Part shown: piece by piece, positions 9,206 to 19,573 of the stretch
Layout: each line of letters starts with the position of its first letter
Numbering within the stretch: the stretch's first letter is position 1
Assembly (NCBI GenBank): GCA_048882045.1
Contig: JBHLRZ010000019.1
Location: 1-64,000 of the forward strand
Origin: Candidatus Thorarchaeota archaeon
GTDB lineage: Archaea > Asgardarchaeota > Thorarchaeia > Thorarchaeales > Thorarchaeaceae
DNA length: 64,000 bases
Direction: 5' to 3'
The notes under the pieces: model-generated
Databases searched by the model: none
What the model saw: the letters and a program-made list of their open reading frames with translations, nothing else
Told to the model about the DNA's origin: nothing
Made by a program: the position numbers and the translations under genes

Positions 9206-10582
9206 ATGACTCGGTTGGCAAATGTCATGCTGTCGGCAATCAGTCTGAGCATCTACGAATACCGAAAGTATCTAGTGCTCACACTTGCCATTTCACTGAT
9301 TGCAATCCCGATTGCTGATGTTCTTGTAATTCAACGTGATAGAAACAGGAACGAGATGTATGGTGAGGCATTCTGGATTTATGGCTTTGAAATCTATAAT
9401 ATGAACGATACAGTTCTAGTTGAGATGATTGACGACCTACATCCAGAGTGGAACTTTGATGATGGTACTCATGTCCTCCCTGATTATCTCGAGAATGTGA
9501 ACTATGAATATCCTGTGTTCGGATTGTTCTTCTTTGCGATAGCCACCTGGTTATTCCCTGGAGCAGGAGGATTACAACAACTATGGCTTAATTTCCTCCT
9601 TGTCTTGGTCTTCAATCTGAATTTGGTCTTACTAGCAATCCTCCTTCGTGATAAGATCAAAACTGAATACTGGGCTAGAATGTTCTTTGGAGGTTATTTC
9701 ATCTATGGTCTCATGATGTCTGCAGGTGCAGGAAAACTGGAACCGGTTGTAGATTGCCTACTCTTGATGTCAATCGTTCTTTGGACCGAAAAACAACATG
9801 GCAAGGCTATGTTCACTCTAGGTTTGGGTGTCCAGACCAAAATTTATCCTGCTGTAGTTTTTCCATTGTTCTTTCTGGGAAATCCCGTTTCTTCAATCTG
9901 GTTCTTCTTGTCGATGATCATGTCGATAATTCCCACATTGTTTGGAGCAAGTTTCGAATCACTCATATCGCATTTCCTGAACACTTCCAGCTATAGTGCA
10001 TATATTATCAATCCACTATACCCGGGACTAACATGGGGTACACCAGATCTCACAACAGAGTCATCCACGTTCTATACCTGGATTCCTGCATTGATCCCCC
10101 TTGTGATCTACACCTTCTTTGTCATAAAGACAGTCCGTCCATACTTGCCATCGAGAAGTGAACTTGAAGGTAAGTCTCTCAGGCTGAAATTGTTGACACT
10201 CAAACCATTCTACCTCTATATGTTGCCCGGTATACTCTTCGTTTTCCGTTGGATTATGCCTTGGTATCTCTACTGGCTTGGAATAGTAGTAGTAATGTTT
10301 GACAAGAATGAACATGCTATTGGATATGTGAAAATACTCACAGTAGTCGGATTCCTCTATGCATTCGGAATACTTTGTAACTGGCCATATTTCATCTCAG
10401 GTCCGTTACCAGACTTCTTTGAACACTTCCCACTACAATGGTGGATGACGTTTATCCTTCTTGTTGTCCTTGGATTCTCAATAGCCATAGCCTATAACGT
10501 CTGGAAATGGGAATTCGATCGGCGTGAGAAAAAAGCAAAACTCATTCGCGAAGCAGAAGCTCGTGGGGAACTAATAATCTGA
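9206..10582 (+). CDS. Polytopic membrane protein, GT-C/GT87-like glycosyltransferase
   Basis: YEYP loop motif, LGxxTKIYP, MPWYLYW; many TM helices; start uncertain (9206 or 9227). Confidence 0.65.
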   Translation: MTRLANVMLSAISLSIYEYRKYLVLTLAISLIAIPIADVLVIQRDRNRNEMYGEAFWIYGFEIYNMNDTVLVEMIDDLHPEWNFDDGTHVLPDYLENVNYEYPVFGLFFFAIATWLFPGAGGLQQLWLNFLLVLVFNLNLVLLAILLRDKIKTEYWARMFFGGYFIYGLMMSAGAGKLEPVVDCLLLMSIVLWTEKQHGKAMFTLGLGVQTKIYPAVVFPLFFLGNPVSSIWFFLSMIMSIIPTLFGASFESLISHFLNTSSYSAYIINPLYPGLTWGTPDLTTESSTFYTWIPALIPLVIYTFFVIKTVRPYLPSRSELEGKSLRLKLLTLKPFYLYMLPGILFVFRWIMPWYLYWLGIVVVMFDKNEHAIGYVKILTVVGFLYAFGILCNWPYFISGPLPDFFEHFPLQWWMTFILLVVLGFSIAIAYNVWKWEFDRREKKAKLIREAEARGELII

Positions 10583-10585
10583 GGT

Positions 10586-11047
10586 CTACAGAGGTCTCCC
10601 GTTCTCTCTATAGTGCTTGATGATCCGTTTTCTGATTTCAGTTGACGAACACAGTCCATCAGCATCTTTCCTCTTCAGCCGAACAATCTTGGTCTTCAAG
10701 CCCTTCTTCTTGAAGTGTTCCTCGAGAGCACTGACATCAGTATACTGATCGTATCCGAGAGCGACAATATCTGGTTGAACCTGATCAATGATGAGAGTAT
10801 GATCATTAGTATCCAAACCGATAATCGCTCTGTCAACAAACTCTATCGATTCAACAATCTTACGTCTTTGCTCCTGTGGGAAAACTGGTGGCGCACCTCT
10901 CTCTCTCTCAACCGTTTTATCCAGAGCAACGACGACCACAAGCTCACCGTCATCTCCTGCGAGCTCCTTTGCCTGCTTTAGATACGCAATGTGTCCAAGA
11001 TGAAGTATATCGAACTTACCAGCTGCTAACACTTTTTTCCCAGTCAA
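10586..11047 (-). CDS. ribL: FAD synthase (cytidylyltransferase family)
   Basis: GKFDILHLGH (HxGH), PDIVALGYDQ, SSTEIRKRI. Confidence 0.85.
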   Translation of the reverse strand: MTGKKVLAAGKFDILHLGHIAYLKQAKELAGDDGELVVVVALDKTVERERGAPPVFPQEQRRKIVESIEFVDRAIIGLDTNDHTLIIDQVQPDIVALGYDQYTDVSALEEHFKKKGLKTKIVRLKRKDADGLCSSTEIRKRIIKHYRENGRPL

Positions 11048-11075
11048 TCAAGCCCCACACCATGTATCTTTTCAA

Positions 11076-11336
11076 TCAGTCCTCATCAACTGCAAGGAAT
11101 GTTTGGTCTTCAGTTAAGACCTCGATTCTCCTCTTGGTCTTTGTTATCTGACTCACATGAACCAGTCCATTGATTTCCAGCTGTAACAGGGCTGCGTTCA
11201 ATTCAGCGTCGCTAGGTTCAGATCCAAGCTCCTTTTTCAGTGCTCTTATCAGTTCGTCATCCAAGATGACGCCACGCCTTTTCTTGACTATTGACACAAC
11301 CAAATTAGGCAAGGGCATAGAATTCCATGGTGCCAT
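11076..11336 (-). CDS. Small winged-helix protein
   Basis: ELNAALLQLEINGLVHV wHTH pattern; lies tightly between cdc48 and ribL. Confidence 0.65.
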   Translation of the reverse strand: MAPWNSMPLPNLVVSIVKKRRGVILDDELIRALKKELGSEPSDAELNAALLQLEINGLVHVSQITKTKRRIEVLTEDQTFLAVDED

Positions 11337-11350
11337 TTTTACTCACCCCT

Positions 11351-13558
11351 CTATCCATACATTGAGTGGGTAGCAGTGTCCACCTCTGTTGTCCTACGGA
11401 GAGTTTGGTCCATCTTCCTGTATCGCTCCAGCATCTCTTTCGTCACAGATGAATGAACCGATTCGATTGCTTCCTCAAAGTGCTTCCATGCAACCTTTTC
11501 AGTGTCCATACTTTCTCTGAGAGCTCTCATTCCAGCTTCTCGGCAGATTGCCTCGATATCTCCACCAACGTAGTTCTCAGTGAGTTCAACGAGTTTACTT
11601 ATCTGGCCCATCACATCGTCATCAAGCGGCATTCCCGCAGTATATATCTCGAATATTGCCTGTCTGCTTTTTGCATCGGGTGCATCAACATACACAAACC
11701 TGTCAAATCTTCCAGTTCTCAGTAATGCTTTGTCGATGAGTTCTGGTCTGTTTGTGGCTGCTATCACCACGATGTCCTTCATGGATTCAAGACCATCCAT
11801 CTCTGTGAGCAGTTGACTGATCACTCTCTGGTTGTGGACTGCTCCAGGCCCATCACCACCAGCACCGCGAGTTGGAGCCAGTGCATCAATCTCATCAAAG
11901 AAAATGATAGCAGGAGCTGCAGTCCTTGCCTTTCGAAACACTTCTCTGATGGCCTTCTCACTTTCTCCTACCCATTTTGAGATCAATTCTGGTCCCTTAA
12001 CACTGATGAAGTTAGCTTCGCTCTCTGTGGCTACTGCTCTTGCAAGAAGGGTTTTCCCACAACCTGGAGGACCAAATACCAACACACCTTTTGGCGGAGT
12101 GATTCCTAATCTTCTGAAAGAATCAGGCTTCTTTAGGGGCCATTCTACAACTTCTTTTAGTTCCTGTTTGGCTTCATCAAGTCCTCCAATATCGCTCCAT
12201 TTCACATCTGGGACCTCAATGAAGACTTCTCTGACAGCAGATGGTTGAATCTCTTTCAGTGCCTCTAGAAAATCACCGTTATGAACCTCGAGTTCATCTA
12301 GCACTTCTTGGGGAATCTCCTCATCTTCAAGGTTGAATTTCGGAAGGTATCTCCTGAGTGCTTTCATAGCGGCCTCTCTACACAACGCATTCAAATCTGC
12401 ACCCACGAAACCATGTGTTATCTTCGCCAAGTGTTGGAGATCGACCTTTAGTTCGCCCTCATCTGCCAAAGGCATACCTCTTGAATGGATGTGGAGAACT
12501 TCCAACCGTCCAGTTTCATCAGGCACTCCAATTTCGAGCTCCCTGTCGAAACGACCGGGCCGTCTTAGTGCTGGGTCAAGAGCATTTACCCTATTCGTGG
12601 CACCGATGACAACAACTTGACCTCTGACCTTTAGACCATCCATAGTGGCCAAGAGCTGAGCAACGACTCGTCTCTCAACCTCTCCCTGGACATCCTCTCT
12701 CTTTGGAGCGATTGCATCAAGTTCATCAATGAATATGATACTTGGGGCGTTTTCTTCAGCCTCTTCGAAGATCTTCCTAAGTTTCTGTTCTGACTCTCCA
12801 TAAAACTTTGACATGATTTCTGGTCCATTGATGTGTACAAAGTTAGCTTCCGATTCTCCCGCAACTGCCTTTGCCAAGAGTGTCTTGCCTGTGCCGGGTG
12901 GTCCATGAAGGATGAGGCCTCGTGGAGGATCAATACCCAATCTCTTGAAAATCTCTGGATGTTTCATTGGGAGTTCTACCATCTCTCGAATTCGTTGGAT
13001 GGCATCAGACAAGCCTCCTATTTCTTCATAGGTCACCTGAGCTGCTCCAACAACATCTCCAGTGGGTTTTTCCGCAATGGCGAGAATGGTTGAATGCTGT
13101 ACTACAACAGTACCTGTAGGTTTGATAGACGTAACCTTGAACGGGATAGCTCTACCAAGAATAGGAATGAAAACAGTGTCTTGAGTGGTCACCGGACAGT
13201 TCAGGAGCTTTCTCTTAACAAACTCCTCAAACCTTGGTTCTGGGCGAATTGGAACTGATGTTGGAGCCAAAGTAACGTTCTTTGCGGGTTCTTCATTCGC
13301 ACGTGCTACCGTCACTTTCTCACTGAGACTGACTCCTGCGTTTCTTCGGATACGTCCATCCATCCGAATGATCTCTCTTCCTTTGTCTCCCTGGTACGCT
13401 GGCCAAGCAATTGCGGCAGTCACTCGCTTGCCTTTGATCTGAATAATGTCCCCAGTTCTGACTCCCAGTTTCTCCATTGATACCGCATCTATACGGACAA
13501 TGAATCTGCCAATGTCTCTATGCTCGGCCTCTGCGACCTTTAGAATAATCTCGACCAT
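11351..13558 (-). CDS. cdc48: Cdc48/VCP/VAT AAA+ ATPase
   Basis: Two AAA modules ([16 protein letters not shown] and [16 protein letters not shown]), N-terminal double-psi barrel, C-terminal MYG HbYX. Confidence 0.98.
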   Translation of the reverse strand: MVEIILKVAEAEHRDIGRFIVRIDAVSMEKLGVRTGDIIQIKGKRVTAAIAWPAYQGDKGREIIRMDGRIRRNAGVSLSEKVTVARANEEPAKNVTLAPTSVPIRPEPRFEEFVKRKLLNCPVTTQDTVFIPILGRAIPFKVTSIKPTGTVVVQHSTILAIAEKPTGDVVGAAQVTYEEIGGLSDAIQRIREMVELPMKHPEIFKRLGIDPPRGLILHGPPGTGKTLLAKAVAGESEANFVHINGPEIMSKFYGESEQKLRKIFEEAEENAPSIIFIDELDAIAPKREDVQGEVERRVVAQLLATMDGLKVRGQVVVIGATNRVNALDPALRRPGRFDRELEIGVPDETGRLEVLHIHSRGMPLADEGELKVDLQHLAKITHGFVGADLNALCREAAMKALRRYLPKFNLEDEEIPQEVLDELEVHNGDFLEALKEIQPSAVREVFIEVPDVKWSDIGGLDEAKQELKEVVEWPLKKPDSFRRLGITPPKGVLVFGPPGCGKTLLARAVATESEANFISVKGPELISKWVGESEKAIREVFRKARTAAPAIIFFDEIDALAPTRGAGGDGPGAVHNQRVISQLLTEMDGLESMKDIVVIAATNRPELIDKALLRTGRFDRFVYVDAPDAKSRQAIFEIYTAGMPLDDDVMGQISKLVELTENYVGGDIEAICREAGMRALRESMDTEKVAWKHFEEAIESVHSSVTKEMLERYRKMDQTLRRTTEVDTATHSMYG

Positions 13559-13767
13559 TGCTTGTTGGCATCCTCCTAAACCATTATTATAGTATGAGAA
13601 ACCGGACGGACTGCCTCAAATCAGTGAAACCCGTCCTTTTTCTACTATTCAATGTTTCTTTGCCAAGCCATATAATCCAATACAGAACCTGTTTATAGCC
13701 CTCTACAGAAATTTATGGCCATTCTGTTGCCTCTTGAATCTCCAAAATTCGCTGTTTTGCGCGCGTA

Positions 13768-14034
13768 CTACATTCTGGACACTCTTTCAACTTCGACCTG
13801 CGATACACCCTCTATAGCACTGATTGCTGCTTCGATGTCGTCGGTACCGCCCATCGACTCATCCCTGGAGAGATTCATTCGGAGAGCCTTCAGTCCGAAA
13901 GCTACCGGTTGAGTTTCTGTCGCTCCAAGATCTGTTCCCTCTGGAATCGCGGTTTTAATTCTTTCAAGAAGGTCATCTAAATTAATGTCCACGTCTTCAG
14001 GCATTACTCGTAGGGTCATCACAACTCTTGCCAT
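13768..14034 (-). CDS. ef1b: Elongation factor 1-beta
   Basis: RVMPED...PVAFGLKAL...EGVSQVEV. Confidence 0.95.
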   Translation of the reverse strand: MARVVMTLRVMPEDVDINLDDLLERIKTAIPEGTDLGATETQPVAFGLKALRMNLSRDESMGGTDDIEAAISAIEGVSQVEVERVSRM

Positions 14035-14057
14035 TGTTTGTCATCTCCAGACATTGT

Positions 14058-14225
14058 CTATGGCCCTTCAAACCCACAGTTGGGGCAGGTGTATCTATTT
14101 GAGAAGCGTCTGCATGATTCACATCGCCATATGGTAAATTCACCACAGGATGGGCATTGAAACTTCACACCATTCTCCTTCGGAGAAACCGAAGCGTGAC
14201 ATGAAGTACACCTGATAGCTCTCAT
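14058..14225 (-). CDS. Zn-ribbon RNA-binding protein (DUF1610/HVO_2753 family)
   Basis: CTSC...FQCPSCG...WRCESCR...YTCPNCGFEGP; usual position upstream of EF-1beta. Confidence 0.9.
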   Translation of the reverse strand: MRAIRCTSCHASVSPKENGVKFQCPSCGEFTIWRCESCRRFSNRYTCPNCGFEGP

Positions 14226-14369
14226 AGTTGCCAAGTTATCACCAGAAGGTTTGCTGGTACCAGAGGCACCAGTTTTGGGGGCGTGCTGCTGAGTTATTAT
14301 AAATCTGTCGAAGTGGTGTTTAAACAGAAGGATATATTCACAGATTTTACTATCAAACAAGTGGTCACG

Positions 14370-15428
14370 ATGGGAACCAAACTCGGTGATATTGTTCGCG
14401 CACAGGATATCTCTCTATCCGCGCTCTCAGAAAGGCGAATCGCAATTGATGCGTTCAACACCATCTACGCTTTCCTCGCATCCATCAGACAGCCAGATGG
14501 AACTCCTCTGACTGATGTCCAAAGCCGAGTTACAAGTCACCTTAGTGGACTATTCTATCGCAACATTAACCTCCTTGAGAATGGTATCAAACCAGTCTAC
14601 GTCTTTGATGGAGAGGCACCAACACTGAAGGCTGCAGAACAGCAGAAACGGAGGGACATTCGTGATGCGGCTTATGCAGAATGGAAACTGGCTAAATCAG
14701 AGGGACGAATCGAAGATGCTCGAAAAGCTGGTCAAGCAAGCTCGAAACTGACTAGTCCGATGATAACAGAGAGCAAGGAACTCCTATCAGCATTAGGGAT
14801 TCCAGTCATTCAAGCACCTTCAGAAGGAGAAGCTGTAGCAGCGCAGATGGCTCGTGAGGAACTTGTCTGGGCAAGCGCTAGTCAAGACAATGACTCTCTA
14901 CTATACAACTGCCCCAGGATGATTCGGAACCTCTCAATCTCTGGAAGGAGAAGAATAGCGCGATCTCAATCATTCAAAACAATAGAGCCTCAACTCATCA
15001 ATCTAGATGACAATCTTCGTGAGCTTGACATTACACGTGAGCAGCTGATTGATATTGCCATACTAGTCGGCACAGACTATAATGACAAGGTTCCTGGAAT
15101 CGGCCAAAAGACTGCACTGAAGCTTGTAAAGAAACACGGAAACTTAGAGGGCATTCTTTCTGCATTCAAGGTATCAAAGAAACCTAAGGAACGAGAAACC
15201 CATGGAACGATTTCTGAAATTCCCTTTGAGGAGATACGTGAGATATTCCTCAACCCCCCGAAGATGAAACTCGAACATCCAAAATGGTCAGAACCCAATA
15301 CTGACGAGATATTCCGTATTCTCTGCAAAGAACACAATTTCAGCGAATCAAGAGTTCAGAGGTCTCTAGAAAGACTAGAGGAGGTTCTCGGTTCAACGCG
15401 TCAGAGCTCCTTGTCTGACTTCTTCTAA
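14370..15428 (+). CDS. fen: Flap endonuclease 1
   Basis: AIDAFN, YVFDG, APSEGEA, GTDYN, PGIGQKTA; C-terminal PIP box QSSLSDFF. Confidence 0.97.
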   Translation: MGTKLGDIVRAQDISLSALSERRIAIDAFNTIYAFLASIRQPDGTPLTDVQSRVTSHLSGLFYRNINLLENGIKPVYVFDGEAPTLKAAEQQKRRDIRDAAYAEWKLAKSEGRIEDARKAGQASSKLTSPMITESKELLSALGIPVIQAPSEGEAVAAQMAREELVWASASQDNDSLLYNCPRMIRNLSISGRRRIARSQSFKTIEPQLINLDDNLRELDITREQLIDIAILVGTDYNDKVPGIGQKTALKLVKKHGNLEGILSAFKVSKKPKERETHGTISEIPFEEIREIFLNPPKMKLEHPKWSEPNTDEIFRILCKEHNFSESRVQRSLERLEEVLGSTRQSSLSDFF

Positions 15429-15495
15429 ATGACAAACAGTTTAGAATATATAGCAAGCCACATCTAGTCAAAATAGGCAAAGGTGAATCACACTC

Positions 15496-16194
15496 ATGCA
15501 AAGAGAAAGAATGACAGCGGTCCGGGCATCTATAGCAGACATTATTGGAGGTACTTTCAGGGAAGACACGGGCCCTCATGTGATTTCGCCTTTCGGTGTG
15601 GAGCTTCGACGGGTCGTAGTTGTGGGATTCGTTGTTAACAAATTCTACAGGGAAGGTGATGACTCAGGCAAGAGGCGTTTTGAGAGCATCACTCTTGATG
15701 ATGGTACTGACACAATCCGTGTAAAGGTCTGGGGAGATGATGACGCGTCAATACTTGAGGGAGTAAAAGAGAACATACTCGCACTAGTAATTGGCAAGGT
15801 TAGAAATTACGATGATGAAACCTACATAATTCCTGAGATTGTACGGGAACTGACAGATCCCAACTACATGAGTCTACATCTAATGGAGCGGTACAAGACA
15901 ATCCTGACAAGAAGCGGGGTGAGCCTTTCAGGTACTGTAGAAGAAGGGCAAGAACTTCTCACCTCCGTGCCAAGTGCACCCATTGCGCCTGTTACTGGCA
16001 AGCTGGCAAAGGACATTGTGAGCTATATTCAGCTCGAAGCCACTGATGATGGGATGCCACTGAAAGACATCGTGATCTATTTTGAACAAAAGGGGAAAGA
16101 CCCAGATAAGGTACAGACAAAGGTCTGGGAGCTTGCAGCAGAGGGTCACATAATCGAGAGGCCCATAGGTCACTTTCGGACTCCTGATTACTAG
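15496..16194 (+). CDS. rpa2: Replication protein A subunit 2-like (OB fold plus C-terminal winged helix)
   Basis: ITLDDGTDTIRVKVW OB fold, IIPEIV, C-terminal ELAAEGHIIERPIGHF. Confidence 0.8.
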   Translation: MQRERMTAVRASIADIIGGTFREDTGPHVISPFGVELRRVVVVGFVVNKFYREGDDSGKRRFESITLDDGTDTIRVKVWGDDDASILEGVKENILALVIGKVRNYDDETYIIPEIVRELTDPNYMSLHLMERYKTILTRSGVSLSGTVEEGQELLTSVPSAPIAPVTGKLAKDIVSYIQLEATDDGMPLKDIVIYFEQKGKDPDKVQTKVWELAAEGHIIERPIGHFRTPDY

Positions 16195-16243
16195 ATTCAT
16201 GTCGTAGCAATACCTTCAATAGCACATGGGAGAGAATTGACGT

Positions 16244-16657
16244 ATGGACGACTATGACAGCCTTCTCGATAGGGCAAGATCACAAGTTCCCGAAGATGCC
16301 TTCAAGAAGTCCGGAGAGAGATTCAAGGTTCCTGATGCCCAGCTAATAGTTCAAGGCAACAGGAGTATCTGGCAGAACTTTCAAGAAATCATCAACATTC
16401 TCAACAGACCTGGAAAAGAGGTGTTGAAGTTCCTGTCAGGTCAGCTTGGTACAGCAGGTAGCATCGAAGGCAGCAACGCTCTATTCAATGGGAAGTTCAC
16501 TGAGGACCAAGTAAATGACGTTCTGAATCGATACATTGACTCTTATGTCATATGTCCTGTCTGTACACGTCCTGACACTGATATCCAGAAAGATGGAAAT
16601 GCGTATTATCTGACCTGCAGCGCTTGTGGTGCAAGAACATCCATTCGACCGGTATAG
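16244..16657 (+). CDS. eif2b: Translation initiation factor 2 beta
   Basis: YDSLLDRA, ERFKVP, CPVCTRPDT...CSACGA. Confidence 0.95.
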   Translation: MDDYDSLLDRARSQVPEDAFKKSGERFKVPDAQLIVQGNRSIWQNFQEIINILNRPGKEVLKFLSGQLGTAGSIEGSNALFNGKFTEDQVNDVLNRYIDSYVICPVCTRPDTDIQKDGNAYYLTCSACGARTSIRPV

Positions 16658-16678
16658 AATAAGGGATTGTGGGAGAAA

Positions 16679-16978
16679 ATGGTCCAAGTCTACATGCGTG
16701 TCAACGAAACTCATGAGCACTATGTGGTTGCAATGTGCGATAAAACTCTCTTGGGCAAGACCCTCAAACATGGAGATATTCAATTCAAGATTAGTGAGGA
16801 GTTCTATGGTGGGGACCTAGTAGACATCAAGACATGTCTGAAGCATCTTGAAAAGGCAACAATAGCGAACATGGTCGGAGAGAAGACAGTAACTGCAGCC
16901 ATGAAGGCTGGTCTAGTCCATGAACAGGCAATCCTCTACATCGAAGGACATCCACATGCACAATGGGTCAAGCTCTGA
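16679..16978 (+). CDS. DUF424 family protein
   Basis: VAMCDKTLLGK, EFYGG, ATIANMVG, GHPHAQ. Confidence 0.85.
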   Translation: MVQVYMRVNETHEHYVVAMCDKTLLGKTLKHGDIQFKISEEFYGGDLVDIKTCLKHLEKATIANMVGEKTVTAAMKAGLVHEQAILYIEGHPHAQWVKL

Positions 16979-16984
16979 ACAAGA

Positions 16985-17164
16985 CTAATGGGAGCAGCCT
17001 CCACCGCTTCCATGGTCACTACCGCAGAGACCATCTTCACTCATTAAATTGCCCTCCCCCTTCACGTATGATTCAATGACGAGTTGAGTCCTGTGCTCTC
17101 CTAAAGCAAGTAGAGGAGTTACGTTACAGCTTGTAACAATCGGCCAGATTTTAAGTAAAAACAT
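16985..17164 (-). pseudogene. 59-codon ORF whose C-terminus resembles a NifB/NifX-family His/Cys tail; remnant or micro-ORF
   Basis: Manual translation ends ...VIESYVKGEGNLMSEDGLCGSDHGSGGGCSH*; shorter than any ORF in the track. Confidence 0.3.
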
Positions 17165-17178
17165 CCGAAAAATTCAGG

Positions 17179-18264
17179 ATGGTTCAATTGAAAGCGCCCT
17201 GTTATCAATGTGGAAACCCAGCAGTCATTGACGGACTCTGTGCAAAGTGCTATGCAGAGGCTCATCCTCTCATAGAGGTTTCGACACCCTTGACACTGCT
17301 CGCATGTAGAAGATGTGGATCAGTGAAGATTCCAGGTGGGTGGAAAAAGATGACAGTGGACACATCTGAATCTGATGATTTGTGGCCAGCACAGGTTGAT
17401 ATCCTCCTCGACAATGAAGTGAAAACATCAAGACCAGGAATTGAACTCACGATTGAAGAGGAAAAGAGACTAGATAGGGTGCTCCATGTCATCCTTACTG
17501 CTTTTGGTAGTTCACATGATGATCTTCCGCCTCATGAAGAACAACATACGATTGAAATTCGATTCTCATACGGCACATGCGACACTTGTGCTATGATGAG
17601 TGGTGGGTACCATGAGGCAATTCTCCAAATCCGTGCAGACAATCGGCCATTAACCGAAGAAGAAGAAGAAGATATTGTCCGCACAGTGACTGAGATGACA
17701 ATTGCAGACTATGGATTCGATGACAAGGCATTTGTGACTAGAGTCAGTAGTGACAAATTTGGTCTCGACTTTCAAATAGGATCTGAGCATCTCTGTCGAT
17801 TAATTGCCAAGGATCTTGAATCACGATATCTGGCTCAACGGAAGGACAACTACAAACTTGTAGGTCAGGACAAAGGTGGAAAGGATAAGTTCAGAATAAC
17901 CATCCTCATTCGACTAAATAAGTTCCAGATAGGTGATTTTGTCCGAGTTCTGGATAACCCATGTCAGGTCATGGCAATGAGCAAGGCAGGTCTGACCTGT
18001 TTTGACCTCGTTCAACGAGAACGATTTACAATGAACCCCAAGAGTTCTAAATGGCGAACATTAGATTTCATTTCTCCTAAGTCAGACAGAAGACAATACA
18101 TGGTGACAACCCGGGTCTATAACCAACCAGTTCAACTCATGGACTCTGAAACCTACGAAATACGGGAGATTGAGGAATCATTACTCGAAGATTCGATAGA
18201 AACAGGAGCACCTGTTTATGGTCTTGTCCTCGATGAAGAGTTCTACCTACTCCCCCCCGAATAG
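17179..18264 (+). CDS. nmd3: NMD3 family ribosome biogenesis protein
   Basis: Four CxxC pairs, GGYHEAILQIR, C-terminal OB region. Confidence 0.93.
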   Translation: MVQLKAPCYQCGNPAVIDGLCAKCYAEAHPLIEVSTPLTLLACRRCGSVKIPGGWKKMTVDTSESDDLWPAQVDILLDNEVKTSRPGIELTIEEEKRLDRVLHVILTAFGSSHDDLPPHEEQHTIEIRFSYGTCDTCAMMSGGYHEAILQIRADNRPLTEEEEEDIVRTVTEMTIADYGFDDKAFVTRVSSDKFGLDFQIGSEHLCRLIAKDLESRYLAQRKDNYKLVGQDKGGKDKFRITILIRLNKFQIGDFVRVLDNPCQVMAMSKAGLTCFDLVQRERFTMNPKSSKWRTLDFISPKSDRRQYMVTTRVYNQPVQLMDSETYEIREIEESLLEDSIETGAPVYGLVLDEEFYLLPPE

Positions 18265-18360
18265 AAACCACAGGTTTCAATATGCTTAAATGGACTCTAA
18301 AAGAATCTCCCAATAATTGCTTCTGGACTTCATAATCCAGTATTTAATTGGAGGAATACT

Positions 18361-18705
18361 TTGTCTCGAAAAGGACGTGGCGGTGGAAAGAGACCGCAAA
18401 ATCAAGGTGACAACCCTGACGAACCAATGAGGGTTCGGACTCCACGACGTGATGATGGAGAGATGTTTGGAGTCATTATCCAGATGTTAGGGTTTGACAG
18501 AGTCCGAGTCAGATGTGAAGACCAAAACATCAGAATAGGTCGAATCCCCGGTAGGATGAAAAAGAGAGTCTGGATGAGAATTGGAGACACTGTTCTGATT
18601 ACACCTTGGGATTTCCAGAGTGATGAGAAATGCGACGTTGTCTACAGATACAAAGGCAACGAGATAGATTGGTTGGAGAAGAGAGGCATACTCAAGGTAT
18701 TTTGA
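18361..18705 (+). CDS. eif1a: Translation initiation factor 1A
   Basis: GRIPGRMKKRVWMRIGD, PWDFQSDEKCDVVYRY. Confidence 0.97.
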   Translation: MSRKGRGGGKRPQNQGDNPDEPMRVRTPRRDDGEMFGVIIQMLGFDRVRVRCEDQNIRIGRIPGRMKKRVWMRIGDTVLITPWDFQSDEKCDVVYRYKGNEIDWLEKRGILKVF

Positions 18706-18784
18706 GCCAAGTCAAGGCTTTTCTGAATATAATGTCTAGTATCGGACAACAAATCACAAGAAGAGTCTAGGATGGATCTCACAC

Positions 18785-19573
18785 TTGAAACGAGCTGACA
18801 AAGAGCACGAACAAATCCTATCTGAGCTTGATCGCCGTAAGATGAAGCGAAGAAAAGATGTTGACGAGTTCAAGGTCGTCGAAGGTGTAATAGACCCTCC
18901 CACCATGAAAATACTCTACAAACTGCTCAATCGAGGAACAATCAGTGCACTCCATGGAGCAATTAGCACAGGTAAAGAAGCCAATGTCTACCGTGGAGAG
19001 GATGCAGAAGGGAAACCCCTTGCAGTCAAAATCTACAGGATATCCACAGCTGAAACTGATTTCATGCTTGAGTACATCATTGGAGATCCTCGATTCAAGC
19101 GGGTGAAACGAAGAAGTAGGTCTTTGATTCCACAATGGGCTACAAAGGAATACAAGAACCTCCACCGTTATTATGACGCAGGAATCCCAGTACCCAGACC
19201 AATAGACATCGAACGCAATGTTCTCGTTATGGAATTCATAGGTGATTTAGAAACCAACCTTCCAGCTCCCTTGATTAAGAACGTCGAGGTTCCCTCTCCT
19301 GCAAAAGTGTACAATGATATAATGCATCTGATTGAGATTGGTTATACAAAGGCTGGGCTTGTACACGCAGACCTCAGTGAATTCAATATACTATGGATGG
19401 GAAAACCAATAATCATTGATGTTTCGCAGGCCGTCTTAATCAATCATGACTATGCGAATAAGTTCCTCCTCCGTGACATTCAAAACGTAACCAATTTCTT
19501 TCGAAAACTGGGTGTCAGCACGGAAGATCCAGAAGTGATTGCAAGACATATAATCTCAGTGGGTGATGAATGA
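18785..19573 (+). CDS. rio1: RIO1 serine kinase
   Basis: STGKEANVY, HADLSEFNIL, IIDVSQAV. Confidence 0.95.
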   Translation: MKRADKEHEQILSELDRRKMKRRKDVDEFKVVEGVIDPPTMKILYKLLNRGTISALHGAISTGKEANVYRGEDAEGKPLAVKIYRISTAETDFMLEYIIGDPRFKRVKRRSRSLIPQWATKEYKNLHRYYDAGIPVPRPIDIERNVLVMEFIGDLETNLPAPLIKNVEVPSPAKVYNDIMHLIEIGYTKAGLVHADLSEFNILWMGKPIIIDVSQAVLINHDYANKFLLRDIQNVTNFFRKLGVSTEDPEVIARHIISVGDE

